NCBI RefSeq assembly: GCF_006345805.1
Contig: NC_043010.1
Location: 46,314,001-46,378,000, forward strand
DNA: 64,000 bases
Direction of reading: 5' to 3'
Origin: Octopus sinensis
Taxonomy: Eukaryota
This document shows positions 11,663-24,399 of this stretch, piece after piece. The notes under the pieces are model-generated. The model was not told the DNA's origin. It searched no databases and was given only the letters and a program-made list of their open reading frames with translations. The translations under genes and the position numbers were made by a program. The first letter of the stretch is position 1. The number at the start of each line of letters is the position of its first letter.

Positions 11663-12326
11663 TACACATACATGTATATATATATATACATACATGTTTA
11701 TATATCTCAATCATCATCATCATCGTTTTAACATCTATGCTTGCATGAATCAGATGGAGTTTATTGAGGAAGATTTTCCATGGCCAGATGTTCTTCCTGA
11801 CACCAAGCCTTAAACCGTTTCCAAGCAAGGTTATATTTCCCCATTGCTAGACACGTTTTCACAGAATATTTGAACTCAATGACATTCGTTAGTGCTATTT
11901 CTAGCAGAATGAGCAACTAGACACAGGCTTCTTTGTATAGCTGGAAAGAAGAAAGAATAGCTGGTTGAATGTATAACTATGTAAGGTGCATAATAGAACA
12001 GTAAAATGTACACACATACACACTCACATTTACATGTATATCGTAGGACACATACACCCAAACATAAGCATATACAGATATATATGTGTGAGTATGTGTG
12101 TGTAACAATTCTTTAGTCTTTAGTTTGTTTCGTCCAAACTAATCAAAAGAATATTTGGTTGGTAATCAAGTGTTAACGTGTTATGTCAAGTATTATACAA
12201 ATAAATATTTCACAAATAATAATAGAGATTAAAAAGCTCTGAGGTCTTGTTGCCTTTTATTATAAACATTTTTCTGTCTGTTTCAGTACAGTACCAGAAG
12301 TTCTGGTTGTTTTTCATAAAGCCTAC

Positions 12327-12613
12327 TTGGAAAGTTTTAATTGAATCCTCTGACAGTATTTTCTGTTGTATTGCTAAATTATTTGTTCGACAATAGTCAC
12401 AGAATTCCATCAGTAGTGATATCTGGAATAACCAGAGGCGTTTATTTAATATATTTTTACTAATACGTTTCATTTTTGCACTCTTTCTATCTGTTTCAAC
12501 ATTATCTGTGCAAATTGTAAATATAGTAGCTCCCTTGAGGCAGTTAGTTAGTGAGTTCAGATGAGGTAAGTGCAACATACTCAGTACAATAACCATATCT
12601 TCCTCAATAAACT
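12327..12613 (-). CDS. Exon F (287 nt, phase 1-0): (E)FIEEDMVIVLSMLHLPHLNSLTNCLKG...QQKILSEDSIKTFQ
   Basis: Acceptor tacag|AG just after an in-frame stop, donor CAA|gtaggc; largest non-repeat ORF (12210..12596). Confidence 0.8.
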
Positions 12614-13961
12614 CTGTACTTTATTATAAAATCAGGATCATGAGATCTATGAGATCTAAATATTAAGACTGAATCCCAATAATGAAGACAGTTGGATGGC
12701 ATGGAATATTTAGGATGTTAACATTATAGTTTTCTCCAGAGGGTCCAATTTGCTATATATTATATAATAGATGCTGTCAATCAGATCTGAGTGGATCTTC
12801 TAAATAGCAATGGCAATGACTATTATGAAATACTGACATTTTAATTTTGATGTTGATTTTATTAAACCTTGCATCAATTTTATAATACTCATTAACCATA
12901 TTTCAAGATCTGTCCTATGCCAGAGGAAATAGCATTTCTTCAAATTGAAGCTAACAAATGAGCCAGGTCTCTGCATAGTTGTTTTGACTGCTAGAAATAG
13001 CAGCAAAAATCAGTCTTTAAAAAAATGACACATCAGATAGTGTGATAGATATAAGACAGATAATCATGGTTGTAATGCCTAAGATTTACAAACACCATTT
13101 TTTAAAAATATATATTCACATTTGAATAGACAATTGGAGTTTGGCTAGTTCTCCAGCTGACCAGTTCCTGTCAAACCATCCAACCTATGGAAAACAGATG
13201 TTAACCTTTTAGCATTTAAACCAGCCATATCTAGCCCAAATACTCTTACATGTTTTATGTAACTGACCAAATTCAGCCTCTCACACCAACCATATAATGT
13301 CATTCTAAAAATATACTATCAGATCATTGAGATCTAGAAGCAGTGAATAAATAAGCATTATGCTTAACAGAATAATCAGAGTGCTATAGGTTTAAACAAT
13401 GATGATGGTTTGAAAGTGTTTTGTTTTTGTTTCTGCTTAGCTCTAAGTCATCCCTGATCAGACAGGCCTATAATCCTGCCTGACCACTCCATTCCAGCCT
13501 TGACCACTCCATCTTTTTAGTTGTATTTAGAATTACATTATCCAATCTAGTCTCTCCTCTTTCAAGACAGCAGAGTGTGGTTTGAGAGAAATCTCACTTT
13601 TCTTTCTATAAGTTGATTGATCTCATAGATGTCCCTTATCGGTGCTACTACTAAAATAAAAATTATATGAATCATTGCAAACATTTAAAATACTGGTTTT
13701 TTTTTTTAAATTAGAGTATCAGAAATTGATTTAATTTTAAAGAGAAACAGCACATTCCTGTAATAATGCAATTGAATATTTTATTTTGAAAATAAAAATG
13801 ATTTAATTATGGTTCATATTAAATTTTTTTTTTAAATGGTGTTTTAGATTTGTTTTTTACTTATGTATTGTTTATTTTTATATGCTACTGATTATCAAAA
13901 TATATACAGAATCAAATGAATAGGATAGAAACACACATTTGTTGGAAAGAAATTATTATAT

Positions 13962-14364
13962 GGCGCAGGAGTGGCTGTGTGGTAAGTAGCTTGTCTACCA
14001 CCCACATGGTTCCGGGTTCAGTCCCACTGCGTGGCACCTTGGGCAAGTGTCTTCTACTATAGCCTCGGGCCGACCAAAGCCTTGTGAGTGGATTTGGTAG
14101 ACGGAAACTGAAAGAAGCCTGTCGTATATATGTATGTTTATGTATGTGTGTGTGTTTGTGTGTCTGTGTTTGTCCCTCAAGCACTGATTCTGGTGTATTT
14201 ATGTCCCCGTTACTTAGCGGTTCGGCAAAAGAGACCGATAGAATAAGTACTGGGCTTACAAAAAGAATAAGTCCTGGGGTCGAGTTGCTCGATTAAAGGC
14301 GGTCCTCCAGCATGACCGCAGTCAAATGACTGAAACAAGTAAAAGAGTAAAAAGAGTAAAGAGT
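13962..14364 (+). mobile_element. SINE family A, near full-length exemplar
   Basis: Pol III boxes, body gcaccttgggcaagtgtcttctactatagcc, (aaaagagt)n tail. Confidence 0.9.
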
Positions 14365-14817
14365 ATATGCTTGTATTTCTTTTATTGACCCTGGTGGGAT
14401 AAAAGGCAAAGCTAAGTCCTGTTTTAATTAGGAATTAATCTCTCAATGGTTAATTTACATGCTGAAGGGGAACAAAAATCTGATCTTTGTAGGCAAGGAC
14501 AACTGCAGACAGGTTTCAGTCTATAGATTTCATCAGTAATGTAGAACCAACCCTGTCTGATCAACTGACAATGACTTTTACGTAGAATGTTTCAAATAAT
14601 TTTTGGCCTGTATAATTTGCATAATTAAAAAAAAAAGCTAAGGGTAATAACTCAAATGAACTATAGGTATTGTCATTTCGCTACTTAACAATGACAGTTT
14701 CTTATACTAAAGCCAGTATGTTTATACGGAAAGACACTTGGCTGACTGAATTAACCCTTATATATTACTAGTATGTATTTCAGTGCTTAAGGTTGTGTAT
14801 TGGCAGAACCGATAGAG

Positions 14818-15202
14818 CAGTGTTTCCCAACCTATTTCCCCTAGGCTCCACTATAACTTTCCCAAAAAATGTATGCCCACCAGTGGTTGGAAAAAAACAA
14901 CAACTCTATCTTTGATATTTTATCATAATTATTTAATACAAAAGAATCAACCAGTAACTCTTTTATTAAATGCTGAGTTTCGACATTTCATAATTATATA
15001 CTTTCTTTAAAGTAATACCAACACTAGGGCATTAGAATTGTGTTATACTGTAGCAAAGTCTTCGCACAGTATTCTTGGCTGGATGGATTGGTTTGGCTAG
15101 GCTGAATATAAGTGTAGTATGTTTGCTGTGAAAAAATTAGGGATCACCACAATTTCCCCCGGCCCCACTGGTGGAGCATGTGCCCCACATTGGGAATTGT
15201 TG
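14818..15202. mobile_element. Old hAT-type MITE
   Basis: Left end cagtgtttcccaacc, degenerate right end ttgggaattgttg; flanks share tagag. Confidence 0.55.
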
Positions 15203-18200
15203 TATTAGAGTATCAGATAAAATGGCTTTCAGCATTTAGTTAAATCCTGCCATTCTTTCATTCTTCAGAGGTCAATAAAATAAATGCCATTTGAGTATTG
15301 AAGTTGCTATAACTGACTGCTTTAGCCTTCCTTCCTCAGAAATCAATAGGGCCGAATGCCAGGTGATGAGTACCTCAAATCACAGAAAGGGCAAACAATT
15401 GACTCTATTTATCCTCACTGGTGCGTGAATAAATAAATATCAATAGTAATAATTAGTGCTTACATTATGGAACTGCACTGGTTTTAAAATCAAAGAATGG
15501 CTTTGGCTCAGAATACTAATCGGCGTCTTTAAATCATTGATGTGTGTAGAACCAGACAGAGTATTTTAAGAATCTCATTTTCTGCTGTAAAAACATTAAA
15601 TTCCGCTAATTAATGTGACTTTCCATTAATTTCTCTCTATTTGGATGTTTTACAAGTTAGTGGAACCATGTGTCAAGTGCACCAAAATTTATCGCTGTTT
15701 TCAAAGAGCAGATCAAATTATTTTCCTACATTCCAAACAGATTTGTATTTGGTATATGGCAGCACAAAATACTTTGTTTTCAATTGTCTTGATTAAATAA
15801 TATCATTAATAATGTTGCTGCTAGCAAAAGTAATAACAACTAATAATAATAATGATTTCAAATTTTGACACGGGGCCAGGAATTTTAAGGGAGGAGATAA
15901 ATCAATCACATTGATCCCAGTGTTCAACTGGTAACAATTCTGCCACCGGCACAGAAGCTAGTTAGCTACTCTGGCAACGATCACGCTCGGATGGTGCTCT
16001 TAGCACTCCATTAGCGTGGATGCCAGTCATCGAATGGCCTAAAATTTTAGGAGAAGGAGAGCAGCTGGTTACATTGACCCCCATTATATAATTAAAAGAC
16101 ATCTAACACACAACTTTTTCTGTCAATTTCTAATATAAGCTGAATTCTAGAAATTTTGCAGGCAGAACAGTTCATCATGTCAACTCCAACATCTGACACT
16201 TTTATTCTATTGGCTTTGGTAGGGTTTGAAGCAACATAATTAGATACTGTGATTCATTTTGTTCCAAGCTCTAACAATTCTGTGATCCACTACTCTTTTA
16301 AAATAACGCTTTCTAAATCTAGTACAAGGCCAGCAATTTTGAAGGGAGCAGGATACACAGTTATGATGACAAGCGTTCCATTTAATTTCATCAGTGGAAT
16401 AGCCTGCTCATGAAATTAATGAACAAGTGGCTGGACATTCCACAGACACATATCCTTCTTGTAGTTCTTAGGAAGATCTAACATGACACAGAATCTTTTC
16501 TACTCTATGCACAAGGCCTGAAATTTTTGGGGTGGGGGCTAGTCGATGAGATCAACTCCAGTACACAACTGGTACTTAATTTATCGACCCTGAAAAGATG
16601 AAAGGCAAAGTTGACCTCGGTGGAATTTGAACTCAGAACATATAGACAGGCGAAATACCACTAAGCATTTTGCCCAGCATGCTAACAATTCTGCCAGTTC
16701 ACTGCCTTCAGCATGACACATAATGTAACAAAGTTGGCCCATTGAAATACAGGAACTGCTCATTTTTGCCAGCTGAGTGGACTGGAGCAATGTGAAATAA
16801 AGTGTCTTGCCCAAGGACACAACACACTGCCAGCAATGGAACTTATGACCTTATGATTGAGAGCCAAATGCCCTAACCACTAAGCCATGCACCTTCACTG
16901 AAAGGATAAAAAGCAAAGTTACCTCAGTAGGTTTTAAACTCTGAATGTAATGAGTAAGAAATAATATCATTAAGTATTTTGTCTGATGTGCTAATTATTC
17001 TACCAGCTCACTCTTTTAATTAATAATAATGATTTGTAGCATAGTTGCATATCTACATTTAGAAGGTGATCTGCCAGTTAAATCAACTCCTGTACTTGAC
17101 TGGTATTATTTTATTGACCCCGGTAGGTTGAAAACCAAAGTTGTCCATGGTAGATTTTGAACTCAGAATGTAAAGGGATGCGACCAAATATCGCAAGCCT
17201 TTTTAATTGATTTTCTCTCAGTTTGGCCAAATGTTGTTGTTCATGGTGTTGTCCCTTTGACACAAGCAAGTCCTGATCAAGCACACATAACCAGACTGTC
17301 TTGTTGTGTATATTGGATTTCATTGCCAAATGCATCTTCTGTATGAATGATTTGAGAACATTTTACTGCTATTTCTAGCAGGTTGTAGAGAGCCCCCTCC
17401 CACCTCATTGGCTCAATTTCTGTCACTTGACATAACAATGTTTTGCTAAAGAAATGTTAACAAAGTAGTGAGGTATCAATGACAGTGATACTGGATTATT
17501 AAATTTATTATCACACTAACTGATGAGAAAATGAAATTAAACTTTTGAAAAGAACTTGAAAAATATTGATTTTGATATTTTTTTAAAACCTTTAGAAACC
17601 AGCAGTGCACGCTTTTTCTCATTTACAACACAATCACTTGAAAATTGTTAAATCTAAAACAGACCTTTTTTTCTTTTTTCCTTCACATATTTTTTAAACA
17701 TTTGTCAAGTAATTCATTGACAACATGTTTTACAATCAAAACCAAGTTATATGCAATAACAATTCTAGGTGTTGCTTGTTTCTATGGATTTAGAAAGCTT
17801 TAAAACATAATATTCTCAAATTAGATTGCTTCGCTGTTTGGTTGGGTCAAAACTTTCAATATAAAGGCAAAAGTGTGGCTGTGTGGTTAAGAAGTTTGCT
17901 TCATAATCACATGGTTCCAGGGTCAATCCCACTGTGTGGCACCTTGGGCAAGTGTCTTCTATTATTGTTTCAGGCTGACCAAAACCTTCTTAGTAGATTT
18001 GGTGATGGAAACTGCTTATTTTTAGGATGACATTGTGGAATTGGTATGAAAAGTTGGATTTGGCTTCTTTTAACATAAAACGGATAGAATATTTGAGTCT
18101 GATATGACCAATTTACATGCAAAAGGAAAACCAGTTGATAGATTAAATCTGGTGGTTTTCGACAAAATCCAATGATAAAACTGCTAAGAACTCACTCAAC

Positions 18201-18217
18201 CTGCTAGAAATGCCAGT

Positions 18218-18260
<43 letters not shown>

Positions 18261-18537
18261 ACTGTCTTAGTAAAAGGAATTATACTTAGAATCATGTACT
18301 TATGACTATAGGGAAAGATAAAATGGTTACACTGGAGTTGCTTTGATTGTAGCTAGGTTCTGCTCAATCAGGGTTGACCTGAAGCTAAACAATAATAACC
18401 ACAATGCTTCTGGTCATGTTAGCACAGCTTTCAAATTACAAATTTGATTTATCTTATCTTTTAGTTATCGATTTATCTTTCTCAATAGCTTTCCTTGAAA
18501 TATCTATTCAAAAGTAGGCATTTCTCATACTTTGTAC

Positions 18538-18633
18538 CAGCCACTTTCAAAATATATTTCCAATCTCGAAGTGTTTTTAAAGCTGTCCTGTATTTCAATA
18601 TTATCATCACCATAAGAGTACTTGTTGTTAACT
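18538..18633 (-). CDS. Exon E (96 nt, phase 1-1): (E)LTTSTLMVMIILKYRTALKTLRDWKYILKVA; both boundaries have alternatives
   Basis: Acceptor ...ctgctgctccag|AG; donor G|gtacaa, or AA|gtatga 7 nt further; lies within ORF 18482..18781. Confidence 0.65.
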
Positions 18634-18635
18634 CT

Positions 18636-18700
18636 GGAGCAGCAGCAGAAGAAGAAGCAGCAGAAGAAGAAGCAGCAGAAGAAGAAGCAGCAGCAGCAGC
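18636..18700. repeat. Compound (GCA)n(GAA)n trinucleotide repeat at the exon E acceptor
   Basis: gcagcagaagaagaa unit three times plus (gca)n. Confidence 0.95.
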
Positions 18701-19039
18701 TAAGACAATTTCATGTTGTTCTTGAATTTTCACTTTGCAAATATTACTGAAATTGATGTGTGAAATGTCATTGGAAGGCAATAAAAATATTGTAATGGAT
18801 CAGTGATATTTTTATATTTTTTTATTCTCTTGTTCCCTCTCTTTTCTCTCCCGAGTGGAATTAATTTTCAAATGTAAAATTAGTTCTGTATTCTTTATTG
18901 CTATTCCTATTCTATCTCAGCAGTTATAAGAGTGTAAGGTAGAGAAGGCATTCTCTTGTTACGTCCACTTATGTACCTTTATAGTGTGTTGTGACAGAAT
19001 AACGGAAATGAATGAATTCATTAACATGAAGCTAGAAGC

Positions 19040-19830
19040 CATTATTAGACGACTTCATTTGTATGGTCTGTGCGCATGTGTTTGTCAATGAGTGTAGTAT
19101 GTATGCGTGTGTGTGCACATGCATGCCCAAATAATTGTATGTGTTTGTGTGCATGTATCTATGTGTGTGTGTGTGTGTGTGTGTTTGTGTCTGTCTGTCA
19201 TAAGTGTTTGATTGTCTTTCTGTGTACATAAAGTGCATGTGAATCTTATATAAGCATGTCTGTCTGGTTATCTATGTGCTTACCTGCCTGTCTGGCTATC
19301 TGTTTGTGTGTACATGTACATGTCTGTATGTGTGACTATGTGTACAACTATTTGCGTGCCTGTATTTGCATACATACCTACATGTGTATCTGTCTATCTA
19401 TCTATATATAAAGTGCTGTGTGCATATGTGTACCTGTCTATATGTGAGTATGTGCCTGTTTCTATGTATAACTGTCTGCCTTTGTTTGCATATCTATATG
19501 TGTATCTGTGTATGTAAGAACCACTGTGTGTATGTGTGTGTACCTGCCTATATGTGTGTGTCATTTCTCCATATGTGTGTAACTATCTGCTTGTGCTTGC
19601 ATGCATATCTACATGTGTATTTGTGTAAGAACTTGTGTGTGTGTGTGTGTATACTTGTCTATATGTAAGTGTGTGCCTATCTCTATATGTGTATAACTGT
19701 CTTCCTGTTTCCATGAATATCTACATGTGTATCTGTGTATCTAAGTATGTGTGTGTGTGTGTGTTTGTATATCTAAGTCTGTGTCTGTGTACATGTGTAC
19801 CTGTCTGTATGAAAATGCTTGTCTGTCTGT
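19040..19830. repeat. Degenerate TG/TA satellite with about 111-124-bp higher-order periodicity in 19340-19800
   Basis: Marker aact(a/g)t(c/t)t recurs at 19346, 19470, 19581 and 19695. Confidence 0.75.
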
Positions 19831-19889
19831 AAACTTCTAGCAAACAAAACCAAAAACAAAACAAAAAAAAATTTGAAATTTCCTCCCAC

Positions 19890-20088
19890 CTTTCCAGTTG
19901 TTCCTCCTATATGTTAGTTCTACACCACTAAACAATCTATGTACAACTTCTTCAATCGGAGATGACTGCATTGTTTGTGTTCTAATGTTAAACACTACTT
20001 GAAACATTCTAATGTATTCAATTAAACAAGCGCATCTCAAAACCACAATAAATTCTTTGAAAGCCACTACATTGATAAATTTAACACC
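19890..20088 (-). CDS. Exon D (199 nt, phase 0-1): GVKFINVVAFKEFIVVLRCACLIEYIRMFQ...GVELTYRRNNWK
   Basis: Acceptor cctttccatag|GGT, donor AAG|gtggga; overlaps ORF 19837..20067; phase fits C and E. Confidence 0.75.
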
Positions 20089-21348
20089 CTATGGAAAGGT
20101 TCATTGCAAAACCTCAATGTAAGTCTATGTGGTAAGAATAGATTCACGTGAACACTGTTATTGTATGCCAACTTTTCTAAGTAGTTAAACCATTCGACCG
20201 TTTCGCTTATTGTTTGCGGAAATTTTATAGAAAAAAACAAAAAAAAGAAACGCTTTTTAATTATATAAGTTAGACAAACTAGTGTAATGAATTGTATAAG
20301 CAGTTGATGATATGTTTGTGTGCATGTTTAATGTATTTACACACACACAGACACATACACACAAACCTGAGCACACATTATTTCCAGAGTATTTTGTTTT
20401 GGTTCATTTAAATATATCGAAATAAGAACAAAAAGAAATCTGTCTCTATGTCTATGTGTGGGGTAGGTGGGTGAAAGAGAGGAAGGAGGGTGGATATGTG
20501 TGTGTGTGTGTGTGTGATGTAAAGAGAACCAGGAAGAAACAAACATTGAGATATAAACCAAAAGCTTTCATAGTTGAAAACAAGAAAAAAATTTTCTCTA
20601 AATTTCTCAGATAATTTGAATAAATCTCTTAATATTGGCTTATGTATTATGCTGCAGGCCTTTTAACTCTTTAGCTGTCCATCAGCCAAATTGTTGCTAG
20701 ATCTAACAGTATAATCTATTTATTGGAATTATGTCCATAAAACTGATGACATTGGTATTCTTGCACTTAAATCACTGAGGTTATCTGTGTCATAGCAATA
20801 CACGTATGTATCATTGTCTGGATAAAGCATTGCTCTGTTCAATGCTGTATTTTTTCTTCTATAGTTTCTATAGTTTTAAGTGGACAAGAGGGAAATATCC
20901 CCTTCTTTCCAACTAATTCCAGATAGAACACCAGTCTGTCATGGGAAGAATTTAACTCAATAGTGCTCGTTAATCTTACAGCACATCTTTTGCATATATA
21001 CATTGGTGCAGGTGTGGCTGTGTGGTTAGAACATTGCTTCCCAACCACGTGATTCTGGGTTCAGTCCCACTGCATGGCACCTTGGACAGGTATCTTCTGC
21101 TATAGCCTCAGGCTGACCAAAGCCTTGTGAGTGGATTTGATAGATGGTAACTGCAAGAAGCCCATCATATATATATATATAGTTAATCCAAACAAGAAAA
21201 CACAGAAAAAAACACAGCAACACGAGGACGTGGAACAAATAAAGTATTATTTGACGAATTTCTCTTAGGCATAGCAAGATTAATAATCAGGTGTAGAACT
21301 CAATATACATATGGTCACAGTGTTAGATGAGTATAGAGTGGTAATAGC

Positions 21349-21694
21349 TGACACCAGAAGAATACAAAGGTTATGTTATGAACTTCATTAGCTTGAACTT
21401 CATTTCTGCTGTTAAATGTGGTGGACTCTTAGTTGAGTCCTGATAACCACCTGTACCTTCACCAGAGCCTTGAAGTCTACTTTATTTGGGAAAATTACAT
21501 TTTCACAACATACAGACTTTGAGTGAGAAAGTTATTGCAGATGCCTATGGAAAGATCTGTCCAAGTGCATTTCCTGTTCAAGACTCTGATGAAGCTATAG
21601 GATGTTAGCCAGAGGCTAAACTAAGAGTCCACCACATTTTGTAGCAAGAACAGCTGTAAGTTCATAACATAAACTTCATTTTCCTCTGGTGTCA
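21349..21694. repeat. Long inverted repeat (about 95-105-bp arms), probable fold-back MITE
   Basis: tgacaccaga...ttatgttatgaactt...aaatgtggtggactcttagtt is mirrored on the right arm. Confidence 0.85.
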
Positions 21695-22194
21695 TCTCTT
21701 TATTCTTATATATATGTGTGTGTGTGCATGTGTATGTGGGTATGTATATATTTGTGTCTGTGTTTGTCCCCCACCACTGCTTGACAACCAGTGTTGCTGT
21801 ATTTACATCCCATATACAATAAGTATGTAATATATCTTGCCCAGAAGCTTCCTTAAAAACTCATTTCTGCTCTGGTATTGCAACCAGGCTAATAAACTGA
21901 ACCAATAAAACTAGCCAATGAGGAAGCTTCCATTTGGTTGCTTGACTTGCTAGAAATAGTTGCCAAATCTTCCTCAAATCATGTCTTTGCATCTTAAAAA
22001 TTACAGAAGTGTGGGGAGACATTAAATAATTTAGTCCTACATAAACCTTCTTTATCCTTATTTTATCAGAAGGTGAAATGGTAAAAAGACCCAGGTCTTT
22101 TCTTCAGTCTGCAAAACCCTGCCATGGAGTGGTAAGTGGAAGGGAGGCAAGTATCTTCAAACCAAAGATTTTACACCAGAGTGGGCTCTGTTAA

Positions 22195-22415
22195 CCCTTT
22201 CGTTACCAACCCGGCTGAAACCGGCTCTGGCTCTGTTGTACAAATGTCTTGTTTTCATAAGTTTCAAATTAAAATCTTCCGCCAAAACTTAGTCACAATT
22301 TATGTTCTTAACACTAGCTGAATGATAACTAAGTTATTTTACCAAATTCTTTGTTATATTTAAAGTAATTGAAAGAAACACAGAGCATTTCAAAATAAAT
22401 AGAGTAATGAAAGGG
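22195..22415. mobile_element. piggyBac-like (TTAA) MITE, family P2
   Basis: ttaa|ccctttcgttac...gtaatgaaaggg|tcaa; homologous copy at 56423-56637 and partial inverted copy at about 40360-40560. Confidence 0.75.
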
Positions 22416-23239
22416 TCAAAGGCACCCATTGACTGTCCATGCAACAGGGTCAAACAGTGTAATGGAGTAAGTCTACCACTGAAATAGCCCACAGCAGGGT
22501 TTGAACTCAGAAAACAAAACTGGAACAAATACTGCATGGCATCCTCTCTTGACAATTAACTGATATTTACTGCCACCCCCCATCCCTCTGGGGTTGAATG
22601 GCAGAGTTAACCTCAACAAGATTTGAACTCAAAAAACACTGAGCTGAAATAGATATCACAAAGCATTTTGCCTAATGTTCTATCAATGCTGCCAATTCCA
22701 CCTACAAAAGACATGATAGCATTGGTTGGAATGCCTTTGATCATCAGCATTCAGGACCAACCTGGAATGCCTTTGATTGTAAGAATTCAGGACCAACCTG
22801 GAGCTAAATAAGACTGACAACAACAACTACTAAAACACCGTGACTATACACACATCACTTCAATAATTCTGAAATGAGATTTTATGTTGCTATTTTTTTC
22901 TTCTTTTTTCTTAATTAAATTATCCATGTTTAAAAAGATTAGTGTTTCTCAAAACCAAACTCTAAAATCAAAGAAATTATAAATAATTAAATTTAAAAGA
23001 AGAAAAAAATTCGAAATGATTAATAAGTCAACAGAACCTCTTCATAGAAATTAACTTTTAAAATATAAGAATTTAGTCAGATTTTTTTTCTTTCTTCTTT
23101 TTTAAACAAAACTGCAGAAGAAATAATTCCATACAGCTGTTTTGATAATATCAAATACAAGTCAGTAGTATCAAAGGAAATTAGAATGATTATATGTAGT
23201 TGTTTTGTTGGGTGTTTTTTCTTCTATTTTTTTTCATAC

Positions 23240-23364
23240 AAATGTTGGCTTCTTTAATATTGTAATGTGAAGAGGTGGAGGTATTTCAAGCAAGAACAAC
23301 AGAATTTCACTGCTATATGATGCAAGTAATTGGTCCTCTGTCAGTTTCAGCAAGGAATTTTCAG
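23240..23364 (-). CDS. Exon C (125 nt, phase 1-0): (A)ENSLLKLTEDQLLASYSSEILLFLLEIPPPLHITILKKPTF
   Basis: Acceptor aacag|CT with an in-frame stop just upstream, donor TTT|gtatga; 2+41x3 nt; non-repetitive island. Confidence 0.75.
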
Positions 23365-23421
23365 CTGTTCATTGAGTTAGCATGTAAGTGGCTGAGTATT
23401 CCACAGTTGCATGTAGCTTAA

Positions 23422-24353
23422 CCCTTTAGCACAGGGGTTCTCAACCAAGGTCCATATAAGATTTTTTGTTAAAATTTATGTGCAGTAAATTGGATTTATT
23501 TCAACGATACACAAAATATTTTAACATTTTTTTTAATACAGTCCCTAATAATATCATCATCATTGTTTAACGTCCGCTTTCCATGCTTGCGTGGGTTGGA
23601 CGATTTGACTGAGGACTTGCGAACCAGATGGCTGCACCAGGCTCCAATCTTGATCTGGCAGTGTTTCTACAGCTGGATGCCCTTCCTAACACCAACCACT
23701 CCGAGAGTGTAGTAGGTGCTCTTATGTGCCACCGGCATGAGGGCCAGTCAGGCGGTACTGGCAACGGCCACGCTCAAATGGTGTTTTTTACATGCCACCT
23801 GCACAGGAGCCAGTCCAGCGGCACTGGCAATGACCTCGCTGAAATGTATTTTCACGTGCCACCGGCACAAGTGCCAGGCGATGCTGGTAACGATCACACT
23901 CGAATGGTGCCTCTTACATGCCACCAGCACAGAAGCCAGTTAGCTGCTCTGGCAACGATCATGCCCGGATGGTGCTCTTAGCACTCCACTAGCGCGAATG
24001 CCAGTCATCGAATTTGATTTTGATTTCACTTGCCTCAACAGGTCTTTGCAAGCAGAGTAGGTCTTCGCATAATATGACTTTTCTTAAACACTGAATGACT
24101 ATGAGGGAAGGTTCAGCAGAGTAAAATAGGAATCAAATGGGTCCACAGGCAAAAAATGGTTGAGAAACACTACTTTAGCATTTAAACCAGCCATATTCAG
24201 CCAAAATATTCTACCTGTTTCATCATCAAACTGGTTAGATCCGGCCCTAAAAATAAACAATCATGTCATTGAAATCTCAATGCTACATGCTAATGCATGT
24301 CTAATTGAATAAATAAGCATTCCATTTGACAGAGGAATCTGAATGCTAAAGGG
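23422..24353. mobile_element. piggyBac-like (TTAA) MITE, family P1, interrupted by a hAT MITE
   Basis: ttaa|ccctttagca...atgctaaaggg|tta; uninterrupted relatives at about 36105-36330, 56750-56925, 57660-57876. Confidence 0.8.
23432..24172. mobile_element. hAT-type MITE with perfect 8-bp TSD, carrying a family-C retroelement tail
   Basis: TIRs caggggttctcaacc / ggttgagaaacacta; ctttagca at 23424-23431 and 24173-24180. Confidence 0.85.
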
Positions 24354-24399
24354 TTACTATGATTCTCAGGTAGAATCAGTATGACAGTGTGTGGACAAG

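Noticed and set aside
13912-14296. Recurrent peptides such as RQASFSFRLPNPLTRLWS and DRLLSVSVYQIHSQGFG that look like a gene family
   Set aside because: They are frames of the family-A SINE; non-coding
22729-22801. 35-bp direct duplication ggaatgcctttgat...ttcaggaccaacct
   Set aside because: Two-copy local slippage within repeat-derived sequence; no further structure
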